NCBI GenBank assembly: GCA_934631055.1
Contig: CAKTXP010000001.1
Location: 1-46,132 of the forward strand
DNA length: 46,132 nucleotides
DNA from: an uncultured Clostridia bacterium
GTDB lineage: Bacteria > Bacillota > Clostridia > Christensenellales > Aristaeellaceae
Direction: 5' to 3'
Shown: positions 9,374-17,575 of the stretch, piece by piece
How the letters are laid out: every line of letters begins with the position of its first letter
Numbering within the stretch: position 1 is the stretch's first letter
Made by a program: the position numbers and the translations under genes
Notes under the pieces: generated by a model
The model's database searches: none
Told to the model about the DNA's origin: nothing
The model's input: only the letters and a program-made list of their open reading frames with translations

Positions 9374-10296
9374 TCCGCTTTGAGAAATTGACGAAGAATT
9401 ACGGAAAGACACTGGCGCTTAACGAGCTGGAATTGTCGATCGGCGACGGCGAGCTGCATGGATTCGTTGGTCCGAATGGCGCAGGAAAGACAACCGCTAT
9501 GCGGATACTGGCAACACTGATGAAGCCGACATCGGGCGACGTGTGGGTGGATGAAGTCAGCGTAACAGCTCAACCGGAACGCGCAAGACTGCTGGTTGGC
9601 TATATGCCGGATTTTTTCGGCGTATATGACAATTTGAAGGCATGGGAATACCTTGACTTATATGCCGGATGCGTTGGTATGAACGCCAAAGAACGTCGTA
9701 AACGAATCGACGATATGTTGGCGTTGACGGAATTGGAAAGCAAGCGTGAAGCTTATGTCGATCATCTTTCAAGAGGAATGAAGCAGCGGCTTTGTCTGGC
9801 ACGGGCGATGATGCACGACCCTAAATTCCTCATTCTGGATGAGCCTGCATCCGGTATGGATCCACGTGCAAGGGCGGAGATGCGGGAAATCCTAAAGAGT
9901 ATCAGCCATATGGGAAAAACTGTCCTGATATCCTCTCATATCCTGCCGGAGCTGGCAGACATGTGCGATCATATGACCATTCTTGACCACGGAAAGGCTA
10001 TCTTCACGGGTTCTATGGCTGAACTGGAAAACAGGATGTGTGGCGAAAGTGAATTGACAGTCCGTTTTGGAAGAATGCCGGATGAGGCATTGAAGATCCA
10101 AATGCAGAGGGTTTTACCTGAAAAAACGATTCGTGAAGAACAGGGCTTATGGCATATTACGCTTGAGCAAGATGACGAGCGGGATGCGGATATTCTGGCT
10201 CAATGGATGAAGATGGGCGCTGTAATCTGTGATTTTCATCGAAACAAAGTGCCGCTTGAAAGGGTTTTTATGGAGGTGACCAGACATGATGCTTAA
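9370..10296 (+). CDS. ABC transporter ATP-binding protein (ABC-2 type, NosF/GldA-like)
   Basis: Walker A GPNGAGKTT, signature LSRGMKQRL, Walker B LILDEPASGMD. AAGGAGG SD 9354-9360. Confidence 0.9.
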   Translation: MIRFEKLTKNYGKTLALNELELSIGDGELHGFVGPNGAGKTTAMRILATLMKPTSGDVWVDEVSVTAQPERARLLVGYMPDFFGVYDNLKAWEYLDLYAGCVGMNAKERRKRIDDMLALTELESKREAYVDHLSRGMKQRLCLARAMMHDPKFLILDEPASGMDPRARAEMREILKSISHMGKTVLISSHILPELADMCDHMTILDHGKAIFTGSMAELENRMCGESELTVRFGRMPDEALKIQMQRVLPEKTIREEQGLWHITLEQDDERDADILAQWMKMGAVICDFHRNKVPLERVFMEVTRHDA

Positions 10297-11191
10297 TCCG
10301 ATTTTTGAATCCAGCGCGCGGCGACGGATGCGCACGATCAAAACGCCGGTCATCCTGACGCTTTATCTGGCTGTAATGCTCGTCTTTTCTCTCTGCATGC
10401 TGACGGATTTTATGGGGCAGGGACTCCGAGTTTATGCTTTTCGCAAAAGCACGGAGTGGATGATCTGGGCAACTGCGCTTCAGTTCTTTCTGATTATTTT
10501 GGTTGCGCCTGCGCTCAGCGCAGGCAGCATTGCAGGCGAGCGGGAAAGGCAGACATTTGACCTGCTTCTGGTTACGGGAGTAGGCGTGCATAGAATCGTG
10601 TTTGGAAAACTGATGGAGCATTTTGCTTTTTTGCTTATTCTGATTATCAGCAGTTTCCCCATCATGATGCTTGCAAACATGACCGGCGGTATGCCTGTTT
10701 CGGATGTTTTGCTGATCCTGCTTTTTCTGGCGGTTATCGCTTTTGCGGCGCTGTCTGTCGGCATGGTCGCGAGCATTTTGTTTAAGCGTTCGCTTCCAGC
10801 CGTTATCACGACCTATCTTGCTATTTTCGCAATTGGAATCGGAACATGGGGATTGGCAAAACATGGTCCATTTGCGGCAGCATACGATTATAAAATGCTT
10901 AAAGAACTGGCAAATGCATCGTCGGTAGAGATTTTAGCGGCGCTGCCCAAGACGATCTTTCTCAATCCTGCGGTGATGCTTGTCATGCTGCTGGCTGGCG
11001 AAACCGGCATCCTGCATCGAACGATGTCTGAAACGATGCGGCTGATGGACATTTATACCGTTTCAAAATATGCAGGATTCTCGCTTGTCGCGAGGGTTGG
11101 CATTTTGTCGATTTTTATCGCTTCTATTTTGCTGATCGTGGTTGCCATCATCCTGCTTTATGGACAGACAAGCGGAAAGAGAAAACGCTGA
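10286..11191 (+). CDS. ABC-2 family permease (NosY/GldF-like)
   Basis: Six predicted TM segments and the SIAGERERQTFDLLLVT motif typical of NosY/GldF-type ABC-2 permeases. GGAGGTGA SD 10272-10279. 11-nt overlap with the ATPase gene. Confidence 0.85.
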   Translation: MMLNPIFESSARRRMRTIKTPVILTLYLAVMLVFSLCMLTDFMGQGLRVYAFRKSTEWMIWATALQFFLIILVAPALSAGSIAGERERQTFDLLLVTGVGVHRIVFGKLMEHFAFLLILIISSFPIMMLANMTGGMPVSDVLLILLFLAVIAFAALSVGMVASILFKRSLPAVITTYLAIFAIGIGTWGLAKHGPFAAAYDYKMLKELANASSVEILAALPKTIFLNPAVMLVMLLAGETGILHRTMSETMRLMDIYTVSKYAGFSLVARVGILSIFIASILLIVVAIILLYGQTSGKRKR

Positions 11192-11311
11192 AATGTGCAG
11201 GAAAATGGCGGAACATGGATTTTTTGCACGATTGAGGGAAAACAGGTGAAAATTCTTCGCGCGTTTCTTGCAGATTCTTCAAGATTCTGCCGGATTCACC
11301 AAACTGAACCC

Positions 11312-11340
11312 TTGACACAAACTGTTTGCGGCGATACAAT
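11312..11340 (+). promoter_or_regulatory. Sigma-A promoter of ilvE
   Basis: TTGACA (11312-11317), 17-nt spacer, TACAAT (11335-11340). Confidence 0.65.
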
Positions 11341-11412
11341 AGAATCACTACGATTCGAGGCATTTTTGCCCCAGAGTTCGCGGAATATCGAACTTTGATG
11401 GAGGATAAAACC

Positions 11413-12483
11413 ATGTATGACATTCCTGTGACGCTGACGACCAATCCTAAAAAGAAACCGGAAGATGAGTCGAAGCTTGGTTTCGGCAAGATTTTTACCG
11501 ATCATATGTTCATCATGGATTATGAGCAGGGACGCGGCTGGCATGATGCCCGCGTGGTTCCGTATGGTCCGTTTGTGATGGATCCTGCCTGCACGGTATT
11601 CCACTATGCGCAGGAGATCTTTGAAGGCATGAAGTGCTATCGCCGCAAGGATGGCGGATTGAACCTCTTCCGTCCGCGTGACAATTTTGCGCGCATGAAC
11701 CGTTCTGCCGAGCGTCTAGGCATGCCCAAGCTGGACGTGGAAGAGGCGATGGCGGGTCTGGTCGCACTGCTCAAAGCGGATGCGGATTGGGTTCCGAGCG
11801 CGCCGGGAACGTCGCTGTATATCCGCCCGACGATGATTTCTACGGATGTGATGCTGGGCGTGCATGCTTCCCGCACGTATCGTTTCTTTATCATCTGCTC
11901 GCCTTCCGGCGCGTATTACACCAAGGGATTGGCGCCGGTCGGCATCTATGTTGAGCCGGAACTGGTTCGCGCGGTTAAGGGCGGCGTAGGCTTCACCAAG
12001 ACCGGCGGTAACTATGCTGCGTCTATTCTGGCTGGCGATATCGCTGAGAAGAAGGGCTATGAGCAGGTTCTCTGGCTGGACGGCAAGGAGAACAAGTACA
12101 TTGAGGAAGTAGGCTCAATGAATATGTTCTTCAAGTTCAAAGATGCGTTGGTCACGCCGCCGCTGCTGGGTTCTATCCTTGGCGGCATTACGCGCGATTC
12201 CATCATTAAGCTGGCAAAGTATAAGAATATTCCGGTTGACGAGCGCCGCATTACCGTTCAGGATGTTTTCGATGCGGCTGACAACGGCACGCTTGAAGAA
12301 GCGTTTGGCTCCGGCACGGCGGCTGTCGTCTCTCCGGTTGGTCGTCTGGCATGGAAGGATCGTGAAATCACCATTTCTGGAGGAAATATTGGTACGCTGA
12401 CGCAGGATTTCTATGATACGCTGACCGGTATCCAGTATGGCGAGCGCGAAGATCCGTTTGGCTGGATCGTCAAGCTTTCCTGA
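11413..12483 (+). CDS. ilvE: Branched-chain amino acid aminotransferase (class IV)
   Basis: LGFGKIFTDHMF, FHYAQEIFEGMKCYR, YIRPTM, EEVGSMNMFF motifs. GGAGGA SD 11400-11405 lies 7 nt before ATG 11413. The ORF-track start at 11326 is upstream of the promoter-proximal SD and unlikely. Confidence 0.92.
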   Translation: MYDIPVTLTTNPKKKPEDESKLGFGKIFTDHMFIMDYEQGRGWHDARVVPYGPFVMDPACTVFHYAQEIFEGMKCYRRKDGGLNLFRPRDNFARMNRSAERLGMPKLDVEEAMAGLVALLKADADWVPSAPGTSLYIRPTMISTDVMLGVHASRTYRFFIICSPSGAYYTKGLAPVGIYVEPELVRAVKGGVGFTKTGGNYAASILAGDIAEKKGYEQVLWLDGKENKYIEEVGSMNMFFKFKDALVTPPLLGSILGGITRDSIIKLAKYKNIPVDERRITVQDVFDAADNGTLEEAFGSGTAAVVSPVGRLAWKDREITISGGNIGTLTQDFYDTLTGIQYGEREDPFGWIVKLS

Positions 12484-12527
12484 TAAGCAGGCTCTTTTGT
12501 CCGATTCCAAAAGATAAACGCAAGATA

Positions 12528-12558
12528 AATGGCACCCATGGATGACACGGGTGCCATT
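12528..12558. terminator. Perfect 10-bp hairpin after ilvE; atypical terminator with an A-tract upstream and no T-tract downstream
   Basis: AATGGCACCC (12528-12537) pairs with GGGTGCCATT (12549-12558), with an 11-nt loop. Confidence 0.4.
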
Positions 12559-12628
12559 GTCATGCGCGAAATGATTTGCTGAAATAAAATACCGCGGAAC
12601 ATCCGCGCAAATCGCAGGGGGATCGACA

Positions 12629-13666
12629 ATGTTCAGGCAGGAAGAAGTGTTTTGGGGCGGATGGCAGGATAAAACGATTGAAGCAATGCGCAAAAGGCGT
12701 TTTAAACAGAGCCTTGAACGGCTTGAACCGCTTGGAGCAGAACGGCTGGACGCTCTGACCCCCAGCGCGCTTGAGAGACGGCTGGAAAACAGCTGGCAGA
12801 GCATCGAGAGGAAACCCATGCGCAAACAACAGCTTGCACAGATATGGCGGCGGATATTGGAAAATATCGAGACGCAGGCGGATTGCCTTTCAAAAGAAGA
12901 ACATGAACTGGTTGAAAGGACGCTGATTCTGGGAGGAACAGCTCAGATCGAAGACGCCGCTGAACTTGAAGCGGCAAAGGCGTTGTCTTTCAGGCTTTGG
13001 GCAAGCGTTGGATTGGTTTCCGGCAAACCATATATTGAAATGGAATGGCCCGTTCTTCAACCGATTGCTCAAGCGTTTGCCCGAAAAGAACACGAACAGA
13101 TCAGGAATCGACTGAACGGTTTCCACGATTATCTGACAGGGACGTTGTATCGTGTCGGCGCGCTGGATGACAGGCTGCCGCAGCAGGTGCTTTTGCATGA
13201 AGTGTTCGATACGGATGAGAAGAATGAAACGCTGAATCAGCTTGCCCGGCGTTATCTGTGGGCGAGTTTTGACTGCGTAGATTATAAGGACGGCGTTATG
13301 CTAATTCATCCTGCACTCGCCGAACCGCAGACGCTTATTTACGCAGGACAGAAAAGGACAAGGATGCTGGCTATGCCCATAGGTTCATCTCCAATCATGA
13401 CGGATATTCTGCCGGAAGAAGTGCCGCTGCAACAGGAGCTTGAACAGTCGATTCAGGGGGCAATGCGAGATGGGCATCTTGCCGAAGAGGTTGCTCGAAC
13501 GATTCGACTGATTTGTAAACAGGGCGCGCCTTTGGAAGCGATGGAAGAGGTTTTGCAGGAATCGTTGATCGTTTACGTTTCACCGGCTATGCGCAGGGCG
13601 CTGGCGGATATGTACTACATGACGCCTAAATGGGTCATGGACAGGGAAAAAGCCATACTCCAGTGA
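12629..13666 (+). CDS. Hypothetical cytoplasmic protein, 345 aa, predicted mostly helical, no family recognised
   Basis: AGGGGGA SD about 8 nt before ATG 12629. Clean 345-codon ORF that ends 3 nt before the ORF-track GTG (13670) of the next gene. No TM segments or signal peptide. Confidence 0.6.
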   Translation: MFRQEEVFWGGWQDKTIEAMRKRRFKQSLERLEPLGAERLDALTPSALERRLENSWQSIERKPMRKQQLAQIWRRILENIETQADCLSKEEHELVERTLILGGTAQIEDAAELEAAKALSFRLWASVGLVSGKPYIEMEWPVLQPIAQAFARKEHEQIRNRLNGFHDYLTGTLYRVGALDDRLPQQVLLHEVFDTDEKNETLNQLARRYLWASFDCVDYKDGVMLIHPALAEPQTLIYAGQKRTRMLAMPIGSSPIMTDILPEEVPLQQELEQSIQGAMRDGHLAEEVARTIRLICKQGAPLEAMEEVLQESLIVYVSPAMRRALADMYYMTPKWVMDREKAILQ

Positions 13667-13687
13667 GGAGTGGAAAAGAGGTCGATC

Positions 13688-14569
13688 ATGCAGTTTACCG
13701 TAACGCGGGAAAAAGATGGTATGATGCTCTCCAAATTGCTTTTGCAGGTCGGAGATATGCCGCCGTGGGCAGTTAAGCAGGCGATGAAGAAGCGGGATGT
13801 CCGCGTAGACAACGTGCGTATATCCGAAGATGTCCGTATACATGAAGGACAGGATATCCGCGTCTACTGGTCAAAAGAAGCGCTTACGGCTCAAACACAG
13901 AATAAACCGGCTTTGCCGATTATCTTTGAAGACGAACATGTTTTGGTCATCAATAAGCCTCAGGGACTTCAATCTCAGAATGAAGAAAACCCCCTTGTCG
14001 GCGACAGCGCTTTGACCCGTGTCCTTGCCGCTAAAAAAGAAAGCGGAGAACAAACCGACCAGATTCGGCTTTGTCATCGGCTCGATGTGCAGACCGGCGG
14101 TCTGTTGATGTTCACGAAAGACGAAGCGTCTTACGAGGCGGCGCTTGAAGCCTTTGAAAAGCGGACGATGGAGAAATACTATACCTGCCGCGTAAAGGGG
14201 TGTCCTGCAAAACAAAAAGCGGTCATGCATGCTTATCTGAGAAAAGACGCTCAGCTTTCGCGCGTCGCCGTAACAGATTATCCGGCAAGAGGCGCACTGG
14301 AGATCGTAACAGGTTATCGGGTGCTGGAAGCAGGCGAATATGCTCGGCTGGAAGTTGAATTGATAACCGGACGGACCCATCAGATCCGCGCACATCTGGC
14401 ACATATCGGCCATCCGATCCTCGGCGATGATAAATACGGTGATCGTGCATTAAATCGAAAACTGGGTTTAAAGAAACAACAGCTCTGGTCTACTCGACTC
14501 GTTTTTCACGCATCCGGTGTGCTTGCTTATTTGGAAGGAAAGAGCGTCAGCGTCGATTGCCCGTTTTAA
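13688..14569 (+). CDS. RluA-family 23S rRNA/tRNA pseudouridine synthase with N-terminal S4-like domain
   Basis: Catalytic motif HRLDVQTGGLLMF and GRTHQIRAHLAHIGHPILGDDKYG. ATG 13688 follows AAAGAGG; the alternative GTG at 13670 is in frame. Confidence 0.9.
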   Translation: MQFTVTREKDGMMLSKLLLQVGDMPPWAVKQAMKKRDVRVDNVRISEDVRIHEGQDIRVYWSKEALTAQTQNKPALPIIFEDEHVLVINKPQGLQSQNEENPLVGDSALTRVLAAKKESGEQTDQIRLCHRLDVQTGGLLMFTKDEASYEAALEAFEKRTMEKYYTCRVKGCPAKQKAVMHAYLRKDAQLSRVAVTDYPARGALEIVTGYRVLEAGEYARLEVELITGRTHQIRAHLAHIGHPILGDDKYGDRALNRKLGLKKQQLWSTRLVFHASGVLAYLEGKSVSVDCPF

Positions 14570-14586
14570 ACAAAGGAGGAAACCAC

Positions 14587-15435
14587 GTGGAACGTGTTCG
14601 ATTGATTGCCCTTGATATGGATGGAACGCTGCTATGCAGCGACCATCAGACAGTTCCGCAGAAAAACATGGATGCGATACGCCGCGCGGATGCGGCAGGA
14701 ATACGTGTTTGCATCTGCACAGGACGCATGCTTGAAGATGCGAGTGATTTCATTACCAAGCTGAATCTTCCCTGCATGATTATAGCCTGCAATGGAACGC
14801 GCGTAAGCGACGGTCCGCTTCCTGACGGTCATATCATTTATCGGCGTTCGTTTGAGCCACAGGATGCTGTACGCGTGTTGGACATGATCCTGCCTTATCG
14901 GATGATGATAAACGGTTTTGAAGATGGTCGTGTCAATACGGTCGCTTTTGCTCCGGGTCAGCATTATCACCTGACCGACAGGGGTATCATCAAAGCGAGC
15001 TATGGCGAAAAGGCGATTTATGAAGCAGCACAGCGCGGCATAATGAAGTTCTATATTGCGGAAGACGGCTACGCGGGTGCGGTAACTTCTGAGAATGTGG
15101 AAAATGCAAGAAAAGCAATTGTAAACGCTTTTCCGGAATTGCAGATTACGCAATCTGCGCCGGGCAATATTGAAATCATGCCGAAGGGTGCTAATAAAGG
15201 AACTGCACTTGCTTTCCTCGCTCAGTCTTTAGGTTTTGAGCGGGAACAGGTCATGGCCATGGGCGATGCGGAAAACGATCTGAGTATGCTTGAGTATGCC
15301 TATCACAGCGTCGCCATGGCGAATGGAACACCCAAAATCAAAGATATCTGCCGCTATCAAACGGTCAGCAATGATGAATGCGGCGTAGCGAAGATGATTG
15401 ATTGTGTGCTTGATGCGAAGAAATCAAAGGCTTAA
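14587..15435 (+). CDS. Cof-type HAD-IIB family phosphatase
   Basis: Motif I LDMDGTLL, motif IV MGDAENDLSML. AGGAGGA SD 14574-14580 lies 6 nt before GTG 14587. Confidence 0.85.
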   Translation: MERVRLIALDMDGTLLCSDHQTVPQKNMDAIRRADAAGIRVCICTGRMLEDASDFITKLNLPCMIIACNGTRVSDGPLPDGHIIYRRSFEPQDAVRVLDMILPYRMMINGFEDGRVNTVAFAPGQHYHLTDRGIIKASYGEKAIYEAAQRGIMKFYIAEDGYAGAVTSENVENARKAIVNAFPELQITQSAPGNIEIMPKGANKGTALAFLAQSLGFEREQVMAMGDAENDLSMLEYAYHSVAMANGTPKIKDICRYQTVSNDECGVAKMIDCVLDAKKSKA

Positions 15436-15442
15436 AAATATA

Positions 15443-15495
15443 AGAAATCCCTCTTTGATGTTGGTTGATTGCCTGTACATCAGAGAGGGATTTCT
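15443..15495. terminator. Bidirectional terminator between the convergent HAD gene and recX
   Basis: 18-bp stem AGAAATCCCTCTTTGATG (15443-15460) with CATCAGAGAGGGATTTCT (15478-15495), including one G-U pair. A-rich upstream and T-rich downstream. Confidence 0.8.
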
Positions 15496-15500
15496 CACTC

Positions 15501-16121
15501 TTATTCTTGGCGCAACGCCTCCAGCGCCTGTTTGGCTGTGGCGTAGTCATAACCGCGCCGAGCAAGAGCCGCCATGATCTTTTGTCTGTCTTTTATATCA
15601 GAGAGATTTTTTCCTGCGGCATATTTTCGCGCGGCTTTAAGCGCTCCGGCGGAAACATCGTCTGTATCGAGGTTTGACAAAACATGAGCGATGGTATCAG
15701 ACGCGACGCCCTTTTGCCGAAGCTCCATTTGAATGCGGCGCGTTCCCATGGATCTGGCAGAACGGGATGACGCCCATTGTTCGGCAAAACTGGTATCGTT
15801 AATATAACCCGCTTCATCGAGCCGCGCCATGACGCGGGCAATCGTATGTTCCGGATAAGCGTTGCCGTTGAGTGCTTTTACGATCTCCTGCTGGGTACGG
15901 GGACGCATAGCAAGCAGGGAGACCGCTTTTTCCATAGCAAACGGATAGGAGCGTTCAGCGATAAATTCACGAAAAGAATCGAGATCAAAAGGCATTCCAC
16001 TGCGATAAGGGCGCTCTTTGAGCATAGAGCGGGGCATGATAAAGGTTTCTCCGTTTGAAAGCGTGAGGATTGCCCGACCGTGGTCGCGCCGGATGCCGAC
16101 GAGTTTGAGCGTGTTATCCAT
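15501..16121 (-). CDS. recX: RecA regulator RecX
   Basis: 206 aa with the RecX-like three-repeat helical pattern (RPRTQQEIVKAL..., ...ARVMARLDEAGYINDTSFAEQW..., RRIQMELRQKGV...). Confidence 0.8.
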   Translation of the reverse strand: MDNTLKLVGIRRDHGRAILTLSNGETFIMPRSMLKERPYRSGMPFDLDSFREFIAERSYPFAMEKAVSLLAMRPRTQQEIVKALNGNAYPEHTIARVMARLDEAGYINDTSFAEQWASSRSARSMGTRRIQMELRQKGVASDTIAHVLSNLDTDDVSAGALKAARKYAAGKNLSDIKDRQKIMAALARRGYDYATAKQALEALRQE

Positions 16122-16129
16122 GATATGCT

Positions 16130-17575
16130 TTAATGTTTCTCGCCTTTGCCGCGACGTTCTTCAAGCATGCTGTGCTTAAGCTCGTAAAGATTCTTGGATA
16201 GATCAACCTTATAACGATGCGGGCTGTGCAGACGTTTGTACTCATCCCAGAAGGTATCCATCTCATTACGGGCATACTGGGCGATTTCCGACAGCGCAGG
16301 CAGATCATAAACCAGCTCGCCATGTTCAAATACAGGCACAAGCAGCGGACGAACTTCATAATCGCAAAGCGTCATGCGCTTCCATGTGTTCTCAGGATCG
16401 AAGATCTCAAGTGGTTCTCCGGAAGAAAAATCATCTTCTTCCAGCGCAATCAGGTCTGCCAGCGCTTTACCGGAAAGACGATCGTAGAAGCGATAGAGGC
16501 GCTTGACACCCGGATTGGTGACTTTCGCAGGATTTTCGGATATTTTGATGCGGGGCTCAAATCTGCCGTTGACTTCTTCTGCGGAAAGCTTATAAACGCC
16601 GCCCAACGCCGGATTGTCCATGCTGGTAATCATGCGCGTACCAACGCCCCAAACGTTGATTGCGGCGCCCTGCGCTTTCAAATCCCAAATGACTTCTTCA
16701 TCCAGATCTCCGGAAGCAAATATCTTCGCATTCGGGAAACCTGCTGCATCGAGCATTTTGCGTGCCTGCCGACTTAAAAAAGCAAGGTCGCCGCTGTCCA
16801 GTCGAATTCCGGTCGGCTCGTAACCCTTTGCACGCAATTCATTAAAGACCGTAATCGCATTGGGAATGCCGCTGGAGAGTGTGTCATACGTATCCACAAG
16901 CAGCAGACAGTTTTCCGGGAAAACTTCCGCATACGCGCGGAACGCGCTCAACTCATCCGGAAAGGACATGACCCAGCTGTGCGCATGCGTACCGCCGACA
17001 GGCACGCCAAACAATTGTCCAGTTAAAACGTTGCTCGTCGCCTGGCATCCGCCGATAATCGCAGCACGAGCGCCATAAATACCGGCATCCGGCCCCTGAG
17101 CGCGGCGCAGACCGAATTCAAGAACGCTGTCCCCGCGGGCAGCCTGTACAACGCGGGACGCCTTAGTCGCAATAAGCGTTTGATGGTTGATGATATTGAG
17201 CAGCGTGGTTTCAAGAAGCTGTGCTTCCATGATCGGAGCGATGACGCGGACGATCGGCTCGCCCGGGAAGATGACAGTTCCTTCTGGAACGGCTAAGATC
17301 TCGCCGGTAAAACGCAGTGTGGAAAGCCGCTCAAGAAATGCTTCGTCGAAAATATTCAGGCTTCGCAGATAAGCGATATCTTCAGAAGAAAAATGAAGAG
17401 TCTTTACATAATCGATTGCCTGCTCAAGACCAGCCGCAACGGCATAGGCAGTCATATCACCCTGTTTGCGATAGAAAATATCAAAACAGGCACGATTGTT
17501 TTCCATACCGAACCGCAGGTAGCCGTTCATCATCGTCAGCTCATACAGATCGGTCATCATAGTCAGATTACGCAT
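16130..17575 (-). CDS. pncB: Nicotinate phosphoribosyltransferase
   Basis: MTDLYELTMMNGY N-terminus, GGTHAHSWVM, IRLDSGDL motifs. The ATG at 17573-17575 overlaps the lgt stop by 8 nt (ATGCGTAA). The ORF-track GTG at 17590 is an alternative. Confidence 0.9.
   Translation of the reverse strand: MRNLTMMTDLYELTMMNGYLRFGMENNRACFDIFYRKQGDMTAYAVAAGLEQAIDYVKTLHFSSEDIAYLRSLNIFDEAFLERLSTLRFTGEILAVPEGTVIFPGEPIVRVIAPIMEAQLLETTLLNIINHQTLIATKASRVVQAARGDSVLEFGLRRAQGPDAGIYGARAAIIGGCQATSNVLTGQLFGVPVGGTHAHSWVMSFPDELSAFRAYAEVFPENCLLLVDTYDTLSSGIPNAITVFNELRAKGYEPTGIRLDSGDLAFLSRQARKMLDAAGFPNAKIFASGDLDEEVIWDLKAQGAAINVWGVGTRMITSMDNPALGGVYKLSAEEVNGRFEPRIKISENPAKVTNPGVKRLYRFYDRLSGKALADLIALEEDDFSSGEPLEIFDPENTWKRMTLCDYEVRPLLVPVFEHGELVYDLPALSEIAQYARNEMDTFWDEYKRLHSPHRYKVDLSKNLYELKHSMLEERRGKGEKH

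Noticed and set aside
11341-11412. Possible T-box or leader-peptide attenuator upstream of ilvE.
   Set aside because: The 5' UTR from the TTGACA-17-TACAAT promoter is only about 65 nt. It has one weak 6-bp hairpin (AGTTCG...CGAACT), no T-box sequence, no specifier-loop architecture and no Ile/Leu/Val-rich leader ORF.
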